From NCBI RefSeq assembly GCF_006345805.1, contig NW_021826031.1:186001-250000 (forward strand): a stretch of DNA of 64,000 bases, written 5' to 3'. A program made the translations under genes and the position numbers. The DNA is from Octopus sinensis (Eukaryota). This document shows, in pieces, positions 1-14,759 of the stretch (the stretch's first letter is position 1; every line of letters starts with the position of its first letter). Below the pieces are notes generated by a model that was given only the letters and a program-made list of their open reading frames with translations, did no database searches and was not told the DNA's origin.

Positions 1-1612
1 TTCCAATTTTTACGTATTTTTGGTTTTGAAATCCAACCCGTTGTCCGTTTGCAAGATCTGAATATCCAATTTGATAAAACAATTTTTGGAATTTATTCAC
101 CACTTCTTCAATCTCAACCTTTGGTACCTTGACGATGCCACTATTGGCCCTGTTGATGTCGTCTTGGATGAGTTATATAAAATTGTTCCTGCCCTGGCAA
201 ATGGGGCTGATAATCAACACCAAAAAACTGAGATCATAATATCTCAGTCCCAATTCAAGACTTTGGCTTAGTAATGGAAAAGATTTCAGAAATCTTGCCA
301 GACACAAAACAAACACGCCTCAACGATGTTTATTTTCTTGGGTGTCCTTTCGGAGAGTCCGAAGTGCAAAACCACCTCAGAGCTAAGAGTGTCGAAATGT
401 CCCGTTTTACTGAACGCCTCTCTCTACTCGCCTCCCACACGGCCTTTTTCCTCCTCAAAAATTGCATCCACGTGCCCAAACTGTTATATTTATTGAGATG
501 CTCGCCCTGCTTTAACAAGATGAAATATTGCATTCTATCGATGATACGTTAAGATTGTGTGCCGAGTGGATCCTAAATGTCCGTTTCGATAATGATGGGT
601 GGACCCAGTGTAAACTACCTCTTAATTCTGGCGGAGCTGGCCTAAGATCCGCCCTGGACCTTGCCCTCCCACTTTCCTGTCCTCTCACTCATCCTGCCGA
701 AGGCTATCCTTGGAGATTCTACATAATCCCCCGAATCTTCTTTGACCGGCCTTTTGAAGATGGATGTATGCTGTGGAAGGAATCAGGATTAAAATTCCCG
801 ATCCAACATCACTCCAACAGAGCTGGGACAAATTACGCTGCGAATTCACCGCAGACAACCTGGCAATGAGGCTCGACCACAGCACCGCCCCGCCTGCTTA
901 CTTACGCTCTGCAGCTGTGCCACACAGTGGGTCATGGCTGAATGCTATGCCAATTGCTGGCCTCGGAACATTATTAGAGGATGACTGCATGCGTATCGGT
1001 ACTGCACTGAGACTCGACTTGACATCTGCGACAACATCGTTGTAGATGTGGAAAAATGGTTGACGTCAAAGGTGTACACACCCACTTCTTTGCAAACGAA
1101 GTGCTGGCCGAGCTCCTCGGCACTCCGCTATTAACAATGTTATCTTAAGAGCTCTTGAGTCGGCGGGCTTCCCCTCGATCCTAGAGCCAGTGGGCTTAGA
1201 TCGTGGAGATGGGAAAAGACCCGATTGGAATGACCACTTTTCCCTACTCCTGTGGAAAATCGTTGGTTTGGGATTCACGTGTGTTGACACCCATTCCAAA
1301 ACTAATATGATCTCTTCTGCTGTTTCTCCAGGTTCTGCAGCAGATGCTGCAGAATCAAAGAAAAATTGCCAAATACGCAATCTGGACAACGGTACCGCTT
1401 CGTACCTATCGCTGTGGAGACTTCTGGGGTAACCGGCCCTCTTACGACTTCTTTCATCAGAGAAGTCGGAGGAAAAGTTGCTAGCGACGTGGGGAGCCTC
1501 GAGAAGTGTCAGGTTATTCCAACAAATTGGAATAGCTGTCGTTCGCGCAATGCACACTCCATCATGCGTGCAACCGCAAGTGCCTTTTAATCATTGACTA
1601 ACTTATTTCACT

Positions 1613-1648
<36 letters not shown>

Positions 1649-1662
1649 AAAAAAAAAAAAAA
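1..1662 (+). mobile_element. CRE-like (RLE-type) non-LTR retrotransposon, 3' half, frameshifted, with poly(A) tail; 5' part lies outside the window
   Basis: Frameshifted ORFs give the RT C-terminus (GGAGLRSALDLALP), SGSWLNAMPIAGLGTLL, remnants of a CCHC knuckle, the RLE core (RGDGKRPD, CVDTH, FVPIAVETSG). A-run at 1617-1662 follows a short 3' UTR. Confidence 0.9.
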
Positions 1663-2291
1663 CTTCTTCATTAAATTTCAAGTCTTACCAGAAGCAGTTT
1701 TATTTTTTAAAGATTTGCGACACAAATTTACTGTCGAGACAATAATTGTCAGTACCCAATTAGATCCATCGTTAAACTCTTTATATCTTCTAATATCAAT
1801 AGATCCCCTGGAATCTTTCATTGGGTTTTCCTGCATTACATGGTAATTAGAATCCGACACCTAGATACATTTTTTTAAATACTTTCAATGATAGGGCAGA
1901 TTTACAAATTTCGCAGTCTTTTATAATTTGCTCAATGATTGGATTTTTATAGTGAAATAGAATTCACTGCACTTTTTCTGAAGCTTTCGTATTCCCCATG
2001 GATTCTTGGTGAATGGCAAATGCTATGTCCCCCATCTCGATTTCATTGTCCAGACAAATGACCAATTTGTGTTTTTGGTTATTCTCGTCCTTTAGATAAA
2101 GACTATGAGTTAAAGGTTGCAAATATACCGATCATTAATAATGATAAATTGAGTCGCTTTTTTCATGCTAACATCTTTGAGAGAAACCATAACTTTTTTT
2201 CTAAAATGACGCTAAACCATTTCTTAAAATAATTTTTTCCGGTTTAATTAAACTAATCACCTGTCAAACTGAAGGTCATAACTGTCAACTG

Positions 2292-2914
2292 ATGGTCGCC
2301 ACGTGGGATGGTCGCAAAGTGGGTCGCGACACAATATCAAAATGTTTTCAGCACGCCAAATGGGAAAACAGAATTGAAGAACCTATTATGGGAGACCATA
2401 AAATAAAAAATTTCGAACAAATTATAGAAAAATTAATGATCACAGATCCCATAAAAGAGGAGGAGTTTATAGACTTTACGTACTCTGAAAATGACGAACT
2501 TCATGAATTTGTTCAAAACAATAACTATAAAAATAACGATGAAAATGCAATTTTAGACAGTTCAATTACTGAAGATTGTGAAAGAAACAACTGTATTACA
2601 CATCGAGATGCGATAAAATGTATTTCGGACCTCAAAAAATATTTTTCACATGACGATAATTTTGATGTGAATATGCTAGAAAGTTTATTAAAAATGCAAA
2701 AAAATATAGAGAAAAGATCATACAAAAAAACTATAAATGATTACTTTACTTAAAATTTTGGTTTTTTAAATAAATGTTTCGGCTATTTATTTAAATTATA
2801 GAAATTTTTTGTTGATAGAAAATAGGATATTGATTATTTCTCTTACTCGCCAAATTCTCTTAGTCGCCAATTTTGGCTTGGTCCCAAAAATGGCGAGCAA
2901 TAGAGGGAAGACTG
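2292..2914 (+). mobile_element. pogo/Tigger DNA transposon 3' fragment with right TIR
   Basis: ORF 2292-2753 resembles a Tigger transposase C-terminus (TISKCFQHAKW...KKTINDYFT*). The terminus ...GAGGGAAGACTG is followed by TA at 2915-2916. Confidence 0.7.
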
Positions 2915-3274
2915 TATTTGAATATAGTCATTGGGGGAAAATTGATATTGTTTTGTGACAAAAAGACAGATTAATTTAATTAAACGATTCCTTTTTAAAT
3001 GTTAAGAGAGAATATTTTTAATATACGAAGGCAGTTCTTCATTAAAAGTCGTTGATAGAATGAACAAAATTGTTGAGCATGAAATGATTTTTAAATTAAA
3101 AAAATAATTATCACACATTTCTATAATTTTCTCACCTGATTTAATTAATTAATTTGGAATGATACTTTTACACATAACGCGGTGCTGAGTAAATTTTAAA
3201 TATATAAACAGCAGAATTTACTATACAACATGTCCAAGTCGAAAAATACAAATGCAACATTCTGCAAATGAAAC

Positions 3275-3503
3275 TTATTTAAAATGTGAAAAACCGCAAA
3301 GGTAAAAACAAGACCCACCCAAGCACATACTAAAACGCAAATTCATATTGTGGCTATCCGTAGCTGGTAAACTTAGATAAACTAAGCGAGGAACGAGAAT
3401 GGAAAGATATATTAAATCGAGTCCTAATTCCACCACGCGCATACTTGTCACCCACTTCCGCTTTTAATAAGCAGTGACAGAACTCTGAAAAAATGGATGC
3501 CAT
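3275..3503 (-). CDS. possible small hydrophobic protein (~66 aa, one 28-nt intron)
   Basis: ATG at 3503; GT-AG intron 3424-3451 restores an open frame (MASIFSEFCHCLLKAEVGLDLIYLSILVPRLVYLSLPATDSHN...). No homology recognised. Confidence 0.25.
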
Positions 3504-3570
3504 GACACAAAAGATTTAAAAAAACAAAAATAAACTGAAATATAATTTATTATGGTACAATACAATCAAA

Positions 3571-5485
<1,915 letters not shown>

Positions 5486-6351
5486 AACCAGAGAGACCAA
5501 CGTAAACGAGATTAAATTATTTATTAAAAATAGTTTTATATTTAATTATATATTATAAATTATTATTAAATTTAATGATGTAATTTTTATTACGAAAATT
5601 AGCTATTTAAAAGTTTTTTCAAATAAACTCTTAACCTTAGGTGTTTTTTTAGCTCATAATATACGAGAACATAATACTTGTCTACCAACTTAATTTTATC
5701 TAAAAATCTATGCCATTTAGTACTATAGGCAATTTACTCAATTCTCATATCACAATTATTAATTTGATCGCACATTAAAATATCAAATTTTACAAACTTG
5801 CATCTCTTCGATTCACATTTGAGTCAAATATAGTTTTTTTAAACTTGAAAATATAGTTCTGGAAATGTTTTTGACTTTTGACAAATTGGGTTTTTCAAAA
5901 ATTATTTTTTATGACACGATTTTTGATTGACTTGGTATTAATCTCTGTGAACATTAGATAAGCTATTTTGTTATTTGTTCAGTGTGAATAGCATATCTTA
6001 CTCTTTTCAAAAGACAATGACTCGAATTAATTCTGTTTACCATGTTAACAGAAAGTAAGAGTAAATCAAATAATTAAAAGAAAAAAAAGACCAGGCTGTA
6101 GGGTTTTAGTGATAATAACTTTCTTTCTATTCAAAGCCACTTATTATCGTTTCAAATTTTCAAAATTTGTGGAAAAATGACAATTATTAAATAATTTTTT
6201 TAATTAAAATAATGTTTGTTGTTTAAAAAAAAAATTATTAAAACTTTCAAAAACATCAAAATGCTGATTTTTTAGGCAATAATTTTATGTCCTGAATTCT
6301 TGATGCAGAATAGAATAGACCCAAGTTTTGCTGTAAGTAATAACAATAGTC

Positions 6352-7282
6352 GGTACTTTTGTCGAAGTGGTCGCAGTTTTTTTAGAAGATAATTAAAATT
6401 AATTAATTTTTTTAGTGAAAAATAGATTATTTAATTTATAACCCTCTATCAATAATTTAAATGGTTATTAAAATTATTTAAAAATTTATTTAACCAATTT
6501 AGTCATTTTTAGTACGCGGCATCCAAATTCCAGGACTGTAGAAGGAATTTATGTCTTTTACAATCTGTGCAAAAGATTCCTTATAGTTCTGTATTTGTTT
6601 TCGCCACATAAATTCTGAAAAAATAACTAACTAAAAAAACCTGCGAAATAAGATCCCAGATGATGTCTTACAGCTCCTCTTTGAGCTTTATTCTTGCATT
6701 TTGCACTTCCCCACATTCGTTCTACTGTCTGGGTGTGCACTCCCGTCGTTGGATCCACAAAGAATTTTCTGAATATATTGTATTTCCTTACTTATGGTTA
6801 ACGGTTTCGTGTGTGTAGCCGTTTTCAACCAATTGATCAGTTGAATACCCTAAATGTTAATCAAATAATGCTAACCTTTCCAGCAGTCACTATAAATAAT
6901 GCTTCCCACCTCGACATATCGAATTACTAGACTGAGCAGTGTTTCTCTGCTCCTATCCGCGACTGGTTGCAGAAAACACTGTTTGGTGCCTCGACAAATA
7001 CCACCGAAGACCCACTGTTTTGGTAAAACTCTTCCAGAGTTGTTTTTCCGTTTGGAAAACATACTCTCGTCTACCTCCACAATCATACCAGGACCACCTG
7101 AAATAAACATTAATAATACCAATTTTGCCGTCAGATCTTTTAACAAGTGCGTCCACACAGACTTCACGTAAAAACATAGCCCAATCGACATATGTATGTT
7201 CACCCCAATTGTATTCGTGCTCAAAAATTATTAGATTTTTTAAAAGGCCTAAAAAAACTGCGACCACTTCGACAAAAGTACC
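6352..7282 (-). mobile_element. Merlin (IS1595/ISXO2-like) DNA transposon, internally deleted, both TIRs and TSD intact
   Basis: TIR GGTACTTTTGTCGAAGTGGTCGCAGTTTTTTTAG at both ends. 8-bp TSD CAATAGTC at 6344-6351 and 7283-7290. Transposase motifs VEVDESMF, QWVFGGICR and IYSDCWKG. Confidence 0.95.
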
Positions 7283-7433
7283 CAATAGTCATTATTAATA
7301 ATTAAAAGAAAATCCTGCTAGGTGACTATCGTCATGAAATTCAAAACAATACAATTTCGATTTTATCAAAGAACGACGTCAATCACACCATTAAAATGAT
7401 GCCAATTCAAAATGAATAACAATTTTCAAGAAA

Positions 7434-8371
7434 ATGTTCAGATTCGAATCAAATAACGAGGAAAACGAATTTACTAATAGAATTTGTCAACTACGATTTG
7501 GAGATTACAGCAGCAGTTCTTTCTTCACAAGACATTACCCACATCCTAAATTTCTGCGTCATATCTCTGGTAAGACAACATTATTTCAAATTCGGGCATC
7601 AATAACGCTCAAATATGTCATGTTGATGAAAGTTCGTTTAATATTGAGCGAGCTTCCACTTTCCTTAAACAAAATAACATGCAGTGTCGCAATGTCGCAA
7701 ATATGTGGAACCATCACAAATTTGTAAGTAATAACATGTACAACGAACCTTGTTTGGAGACCATTCCAAGTTTTAAATTAATTTTTAATGTTTAGCTGCT
7801 GAACCGTGGAGAATGGAATTATTAAAACTCATTGACAATGTCATTGATGGACAAGAAATAAGAAATATAAATGTTTTAAAGTCAAAAGAAAAACCTGTGT
7901 CAAGATCATCGAGTGTGTATTCCGTCAAAACTGGACGTCTGATTCCTCAAAGTCCACAAAAAAGAATAACTAAATCTCGAGATTCAAACAAATCTTCAAA
8001 GCAGGAGAATAACTGTACTTTAGAAGAAACTGAAAAAATGGCATTAATTTATTTTTAACAAGTCTTAGATACTCAGAATGATAGGACAAATAATACAGTG
8101 TAATGACACGGAATCGATATGTAATTGGCTGATCCATGCAGGAATTTACGGTAATCCTCACTTATTCAGAACAGAACGAGCCTATATCACTAACCTAATA
8201 AAATCAGTCGTAAAAAAGAAACAAGACGAGTTTAATCATCCTGAAAAACATTCGCCCCAATCTTTTGAAAAAAATCAAATTTCTAACGATGAAAAACAGA
8301 ACGATGCCAATAATGAATCTTCTACTGGTCTCAATATAGTTATTCCAGTCAACACTGAACTAATAAATTAA
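7434..8371 (+). CDS. TBATA: TBATA/SPATIAL-family protein
   Basis: RFGDYSSSSFFTRHYPHPKFLRHISG(I)NNAQICHVDE, EPWRMELLKL and MIGQIIQCNDTESICNWLIHAG match SPATIAL-family motifs (recalled, not searched). The model needs a 26-nt intron 7570-7595 (GT..GG), a 26-nt GT-AG intron, a 28-nt GC-AG intron 8041-8068 and probably a 24-nt in-frame intron. Confidence 0.75.
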
Positions 8372-8840
8372 TAAATTTTCACTGTTCACTAATCTATAAT
8401 ATCTATTGCTATGTAAAATAGTGCTTTTTAACTGATACAAGTCAACAATTCAAATGACGAATTTATAAGAAATTGTATTCAGTTCAAAACCAAGTTATTA
8501 TACTCACTGATAAAATCGACAGAAAAGATCCATATAAATTCCCTTCTTCCAAATTCACTGAATTGGAAGATCCAACTGACTTGCGGACCGCATAACACAA
8601 ATTGGTTGATCCGGAAAGGTATAAGATCCCCTTTCTCCAACTGTATCGTGGTCATAAGGACTCATAACCTTAAGGAGAGAAATTTTGACAAAAATTGACC
8701 TCAGCTAAAAAGTTGCTTCCTTTGGAATCGATATCCATAGCAAACTCTTCAGTCTGTTAAATATTTAAAAGGTAGTTTCAATAAAAATTGGTTTATTTAT
8801 CATGAATAAACTATGCCCATAAAAAACAAATTAAAAATGA

Positions 8841-10430
8841 CTATTTATTTGAATTTTGATCCACGTCTATACTCTGAGAGTGATCGATAGACCACTTCTG
8901 TGGCTCACATTGAGCAAAAATGGTGAAAACCAAGAAGGCAACCGTTTCAATACCAATCATAATTCCAAACACAGTCCACCATTGAGTTATTTTATGCTAC
9001 GACAGAACTGCGGAATTTATAAGAACCTGATCAGTGACAATAATGTAGGTCGATTGGATGGCAATGATTGCTCCAAAAGTAGCCACCGTATTCGAAATTC
9101 CAGTAAGAATTCCACAATATTGTGGAACAATATCAATAATGTTAGGAAGAACCACCGAGTATTGACACCCAGAAAAAAAGCAGGCAAGAAGCATTAAAAT
9201 AATACCAAAATAGTATTGTTCTCGTGGAACAAATGTAGCTAACAAAAAAAACAACCCGGTTGGTATGTTAGTGATAGCCTAATAATAAAATCTTGATAAT
9301 AACAGATACGTTAAACATTTTACGAACAGTCAGTTTCGATAACACTTTTTTGCGCAAAAGAATATCGGAAAGTGAACATGAAATGAGAGAACCAATCCAA
9401 AAAAACACAGGAGCCAGAAAGCTGATATAAGTTTGCTATAAGTCGTATTTACTAAGAAAATACATCTTTTACTTCCAAATAAAATACATCTTTGACAAAT
9501 GAGGGGATCACTGTCACTACCACAGAAAAACTGTAAAAAGAGGCAAAATGTAATGTCACCACTGCCAAGACTGGGGCAGAACGGAGTGCTCTGAGAAACG
9601 GGAATTTCTACATGTTTATAGAATAATGATACTTTAATGTCGGAAACTTGTTTTCTCTCGACTTTTCTTTTCAAGAAATCTTTTTCGTCATCACTCGTCC
9701 ATCGATTATTCTTAGGGTCATCAGTCACAAAAATATTCCACAAAATGATCCACAAAAAACCAAGTCCGCCCAAAATTAAAATTCCAAAATACCAAAAAGA
9801 TAAAAAGATGATCGCCAAAGTGCCATATCTTGAGCAAGAGCAGACGTTATGCACATTGCAAGAATTGTTCCGAATTGGGTCCCTAGTTTTGGTACTATAA
9901 ATGTAAACCTGGAAACACTATTCCTACGGCAGTAGACCGGAATTTTGGTTGAAACCAGTTGGTCAGCACTACGATTACACTCGGAGTGTAAAAGCCCTAT
10001 ATAAATTCCAAGCTATAAAACTTGGGCTATTCCCATGATGATTCGAAGGATTATCAGAGCAGTTGATGAATGTTCAAGGGCAACCGGGGACGCAAGGCAT
10101 GACAGTGAAGAGATTCCGACTACTGCCGTGAGGAGATTCTTAGAGCCGTATCTTTCAGATAAAACTCCACCAAAAATTTGAGTTGTAGAAAAGCCAATAT
10201 AAAATGACATCAAAGACAAAGACTTTTCTAATGCAGTCCAATTCACTTTCTAAAATAGTGATTTTGATCTTAACTGTAGAGGAATCGTGGTTAATGGTCA
10301 CGATTTGAGGGACGACTACATTCAGATTTACACGTTGAGTTAGCAGGACTGTCAGACAGAAAAAACAAGTCACTGCTATTATCACTCTTCCACGTCGTGA
10401 CACAGAATAAATATCTAGAGTAAATGGCAT
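8841..10430 (-). CDS. SLC17 family (sialin/VGLUT-like) MFS organic anion transporter
   Basis: TQRVNLNVV, SFYIGFSTTQIFGGVLSERYGSK, LRIIMGIAQ, WNIFVTDDPKNNRW and IIDIVPQYCGILTGISNTVATFGAI. Stop TAG at 8841-8843 after EPQKWSID...NK. Confidence 0.88.
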
Positions 10431-11015
10431 TGACTTAGTTACTGCTGACTTCCGTAGTGTGATTTGAATTCATTTCATAATAATACGCAATTTACGAATT
10501 TAAAACAATTTCTGAACGTAATTTAAAATAGAATGTGGTTTTTCTAGTAATTATCAAACGATAAAAATTAATATACGTTTGAATGCAGCTTATTTATGAT
10601 TGATTAAATGTGTTTCTAGTATATTTAAGACACAATGAAATTAGGATTTTAATATTTTTGATAATCAATCATTAAAATTGATTAATTTGTGGCAAATGAC
10701 TGCAATTTGAGGGATAAAAATTATCAAAAGTGCGATAAAATAAATACTTTTCCTATCACTTATTTCTTTTCAAAAATACTTTCACCCCACTTATAACGCT
10801 GCTTAAATGAATTAAAATCAAGATCTAATTTAATCGTAAATCATTAATTAACTCAATTCAAATTTGTTAAAAATTGATAATCTGTATTTTCTTAGGTAGA
10901 TTCATTTCTCGCTACAAACAAATTTGTTTGGATGTAAAAATTGTTCTTTATAATCTTCTTTTCCTTTTCAATCCTGGAAAATGCTTAAGAATTCAATTAA
11001 AAATATAAGAGATTT

Positions 11016-12976
11016 TGTGACATGGGCTGCGCGATACCTATGGGCCGCGTGATACCTGACGTGACCTTGAAATGTGCAATTATGACATTGATGGGATTAA
11101 ATTATAAATCTTTTAATTTTTTTAATTAGACCGCGACTCATTCTTATCATTTAATAATTTACTAAATTAGCTAAAGACTCTCTCATTTTGACAAAAAATT
11201 ATATTTGTAGGAATTTAATTATCAGAAATTAATTTTTTTGGTGGAAAACCTAAATTTCTTGAGTTATTTCTAGCGTGCAAGTATATTTTGCAGCAATGTC
11301 CTCGTACAAAGGTTATGTAAAGAATAGTTTGGAATATCAAATTTTAAAAGATGCTTTACAGGATAAATTTCCTGAACATCTTACAAAGCAAAAAAAATAT
11401 AGACTAGTTAAGAAAATTGAAAATTTTACTGTAATTAATGAAAGGTATCATACAAATTGTAAATGTATAGATTGTATCTTAAATGTGCGAATTCAGATCA
11501 CAAGCTAGTTCTTATAATTTAATTGGGATACCTTAACGGTACTTTTGTAGTAGGCTACAGCCACTTTTTGCGAGTTTCAAAATAATACTATTTTTTCAAG
11601 TGATAATATATGTGTTTTATAATTAATTACTATAAAAAATGAATTATTTACTAATTTACTAATTTAAATATACACTAACCTATTTTCCTTCTTCGACGAG
11701 ATGTGAGTGATTGTATGCAAATCCTAGATTGGAGATATAAATAACCATGTCTTTGCGTCTTGCCCAAATGAAAGATTTCAGATAGATCTTATAGATCTGA
11801 AAAGTTTTTCTACTATAAATAAAAATTTTAAATGGATTTTAACGGTCATTGACGTATATAGCAGGTTAGTTTTTTTAACAATTTTTATAGATTTGCATTT
11901 GCGAGGCCGCTCTACACTAAGTCCTCAAATGAAGTTTGTGAAAACCTCAGATCATTATTTTTCTTAAATGGTCCGTGTCAATTTCTTCAGTCCGATAATG
12001 GGACTGAATTCAAGAATCGTGAAATGACCAATCTATGTGAGGAATTCAATATCAAACGAATTCACGAAAGGGCAAACAAACCCCGCTCACAACGGATTGT
12101 CGAACGCTTCAACCAGTCAATTACAAGAAAAATGGCAAAAATGATCGACAATGATAATAAAAAGTGGCTGAAAAAATTAGAAAATGCAGTGTACAGTTAT
12201 AACATTTCTGTCCACTCATCTTCTAATTAGAGCCCTTTTGAAAGATACCGGGGAATAAGTGGAATAAATACAATATTTTATGGTTGTAATTATAAAATTA
12301 TTGCTTAGATAATTCAAGTAATGATTTGTTGAGTCCTGATCAAGTTCATAATAGTAAGTATGAATTTAGTGTTGGTGATAAAGTATGCATAAAAAGTAAT
12401 GTTTAGGTTCGAGTTAAAAAAGACTTTGGAACAAATCCTTCGTTGCGACTGGATAAGTTTGAATCTCCATATTATCCATCTGCAGAAATTATCAGTATTT
12501 TATCAAACAATCGCGTTGAGGTAGTTTAAACATTCAAATTTAATAGATAAAAAATTCGATGAGCGAAATTTCGATTGTGCCAATGTCCAGACTTGAAAAA
12601 TAATTAACAAGTTATTATTCCTTGAAGTTTAATATTAATTACAATATTCCTTATTAAACTGGGGGATTTGGCAAGCAGAAGAAGAAATGATCATCGGGAA
12701 CGGACATGGCTTTTCCAACGCATATCAATAGCCATCTTGCGTGGGAATTGCCATTCCATCCTATCCTCTGCTGCTAATTAAATATTTTTTAATAGGAAAG
12801 AGTTCTTCAAAATAACTAATTAAGTGTCAGCAGTGGCTGCACCTCGGATTGCAAGCGAGTTACCTCGCAAGATTGCGATTTTTTAATTATTAAAAAAAAT
12901 AAAAAAAAATTACAATATTGACATTAAGTTAAGCTTCAAGGTCACGTCAGGTATCACGCGGCCCATAGGTGTCACA
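11016..12976 (+). mobile_element. Ginger-like DNA transposon (Gypsy-type DD35E integrase, TGT...ACA TIRs), degenerate
   Basis: Inverted termini TGTGACA..CCTATGGGCCGCGTGATACCTGACGTGACCTTGA. Integrase core QIDLID...VIDVYSR|FAFARPL...QSDNGTEF-(35 aa)-VERFNQ. A 26-nt GT-AG intron at 11865-11890 lies in the core. No clean TSD seen. Confidence 0.85.
12649..12907 (+). mobile_element. 5'-truncated CRE-like retrocopy inside the Ginger element
   Basis: Encodes ...DHRERTWLFQRISIAILRGNCHSILSSAAN*, then a 3' UTR and an A-run. Flanked by direct repeat AATTACAATATT (12637-12648 and 12908-12919). Confidence 0.8.
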
Positions 12977-13108
12977 CAAACCATATCGCATAATTTTTAT
13001 CATAAAAAGATGAATTCTTAAAATTAATGAACATTCCAGCAACTTAAATCAAAAACTTTATCGATTTCTATTGGAAATATACTAAATGTATAAAATAAAA
13101 GAAATTCA

Positions 13109-14299
13109 TCAAATTATATTCCAGTAATAAAGCACTCCCTCAACTGACTCGTCTCTGCAAATTTGTCCTTCAGTTTCTGCCCGGAAAAGAATTTCCTTTG
13201 CCAAAAAAACAGGAATTTTTGCAAGATCAGAATATCCCTCGACTCAAATTTTACAAATTCCAAAAATACCAGTAAGAGGACCACTCAGACGCAGACAATC
13301 AGCAACTTTGGAACCGAGAAACTCACCCTCAAAAGACTCCAACATTAAAACAGCAGCACCACTTTCAAACTTTTTTAAAAATATTTTTTGTCCGCGAATA
13401 TCACAAAAACGATTAACAGCGGAAAGCATATCCTGAGGGGAAATAAGAGAAAGTGACCGAGCTCGGTTGTAATGACAAAACGCCTCCGCAAGAGCAACCA
13501 CCCCTCCAACATTTGTCAAAATTGGCACCAAAAAATCATGAAGTTGCTGAGCCAATTCTCCGTGGTAGTCAGACCCTCCACGTATCACGGGGTTTTCGAT
13601 CCCAACAGACAGCAAAACTGACCGAAACACAACTGTGGGGTCCCGATCTGCTGAATTTGTTTTTCCAGCCAGTTTGGTTGCCAATTCGCGGCTCAGTTTA
13701 GTCATATCTGAAGCAAAGTCCCTTAGTTTGGTGAGGTCGGTAAATGCAGTGTGAATTGCCTGGTTTTCCTGATGAAATTGTGCTTGTTTGGATTGCTCTA
13801 TTCCACCTATTCCCACGTTAGAGATGGCAAATAGGCTGTCTGGGAGGGGATGACGTTTCCAAGTTGAGATTTTGATTGTATTTTGTAAAACTGATTTGAA
13901 ATTTCCAGATTCATTTTTGTCGTAATCGATGTTTATATAATTTTTATTACTTATAAAATGGCTTTGAAAATCTGGTTCATTTAAATATAATCGAATCTAA
14001 ATTAATAAATTTATTTTTAATAAATAAATTATTTACTCTTAAAGTCTTGTTGGTCACGTGAGTACTTTCGACTTTACGGATTAGAGATAGTTTGAGAGAG
14101 ACTGTCATATTGGAACTCAAATCTAGAATTAGCCTGTATGTAGAAATAAAAATGGTGATATTAATAAACTATAATTATATATTACTCCAATTATTACTGA
14201 ATTATTGATAGAGTCGTCTGTAATTGACATTTTTATAAACTTTTCGACATGCCTTTCATGTCTTACAAGTTTGGATGTTGTTTTTTGAAATCTATTCAT
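13109..14299 (-). CDS. VPS36: ESCRT-II subunit VPS36 (GLUE + EAP30 domains)
   Basis: MNRFQKT start, STYRLI and YINIDY in the GLUE region; VGIGGIE...AFTDLTKL, FRSVLLSVGIENPV, YNRARSLSLISPQDM and QICRDESVEGVLYY* in the C-terminal half. Introns of about 27-40 nt. Confidence 0.92.
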
Positions 14300-14759
14300 T
14301 TTTAAGACTAAAAATGTTATTTTGAGGTCTCACCTCAACTTATAATATTCATAAAAATATCAATTATTAATTTATATTTAAATAAATTATATTTAATTTC
14401 TTAAAATTATATTATTTAAACATTTTTGACGTAACAATTTTCCTAAAATATATTTTTGAGAGCATTTTCAATGGCCTTAGCGAGCGAGTCAGTGACGGCA
14501 ATCATAGCGGCCTACGAAACTGTACTCAACCTTCATACTTTCAGTCTTTTCTCCAACAAAACTGACTATTTAAAGTTTCAATATTCAACTTTTTAATGCA
14601 GTTCTTGAAAAAATTGGAAAGGAATTTGTCCCATGTGGAATTATTTTGACTTGAAAGTCGTAGAGACTGGACATATCTCCGCCCGAAAGATTGTATTTGT
14701 GGAATTTCTACAATTTGGTAATAAAAATGTGTAAAATAATTTTATTAAGTAAAGATATA

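Noticed and set aside
1678-2200. Short minus-strand ORF fragments after the poly(A) tail
   Set aside because: Interrupted by stops, with no recognisable motif or splice model; probably TE debris.
14460-14750. Possible plus-strand gene head-to-head with VPS36
   Set aside because: No combination of the visible GT-AG tracts gave an open frame with recognisable homology.
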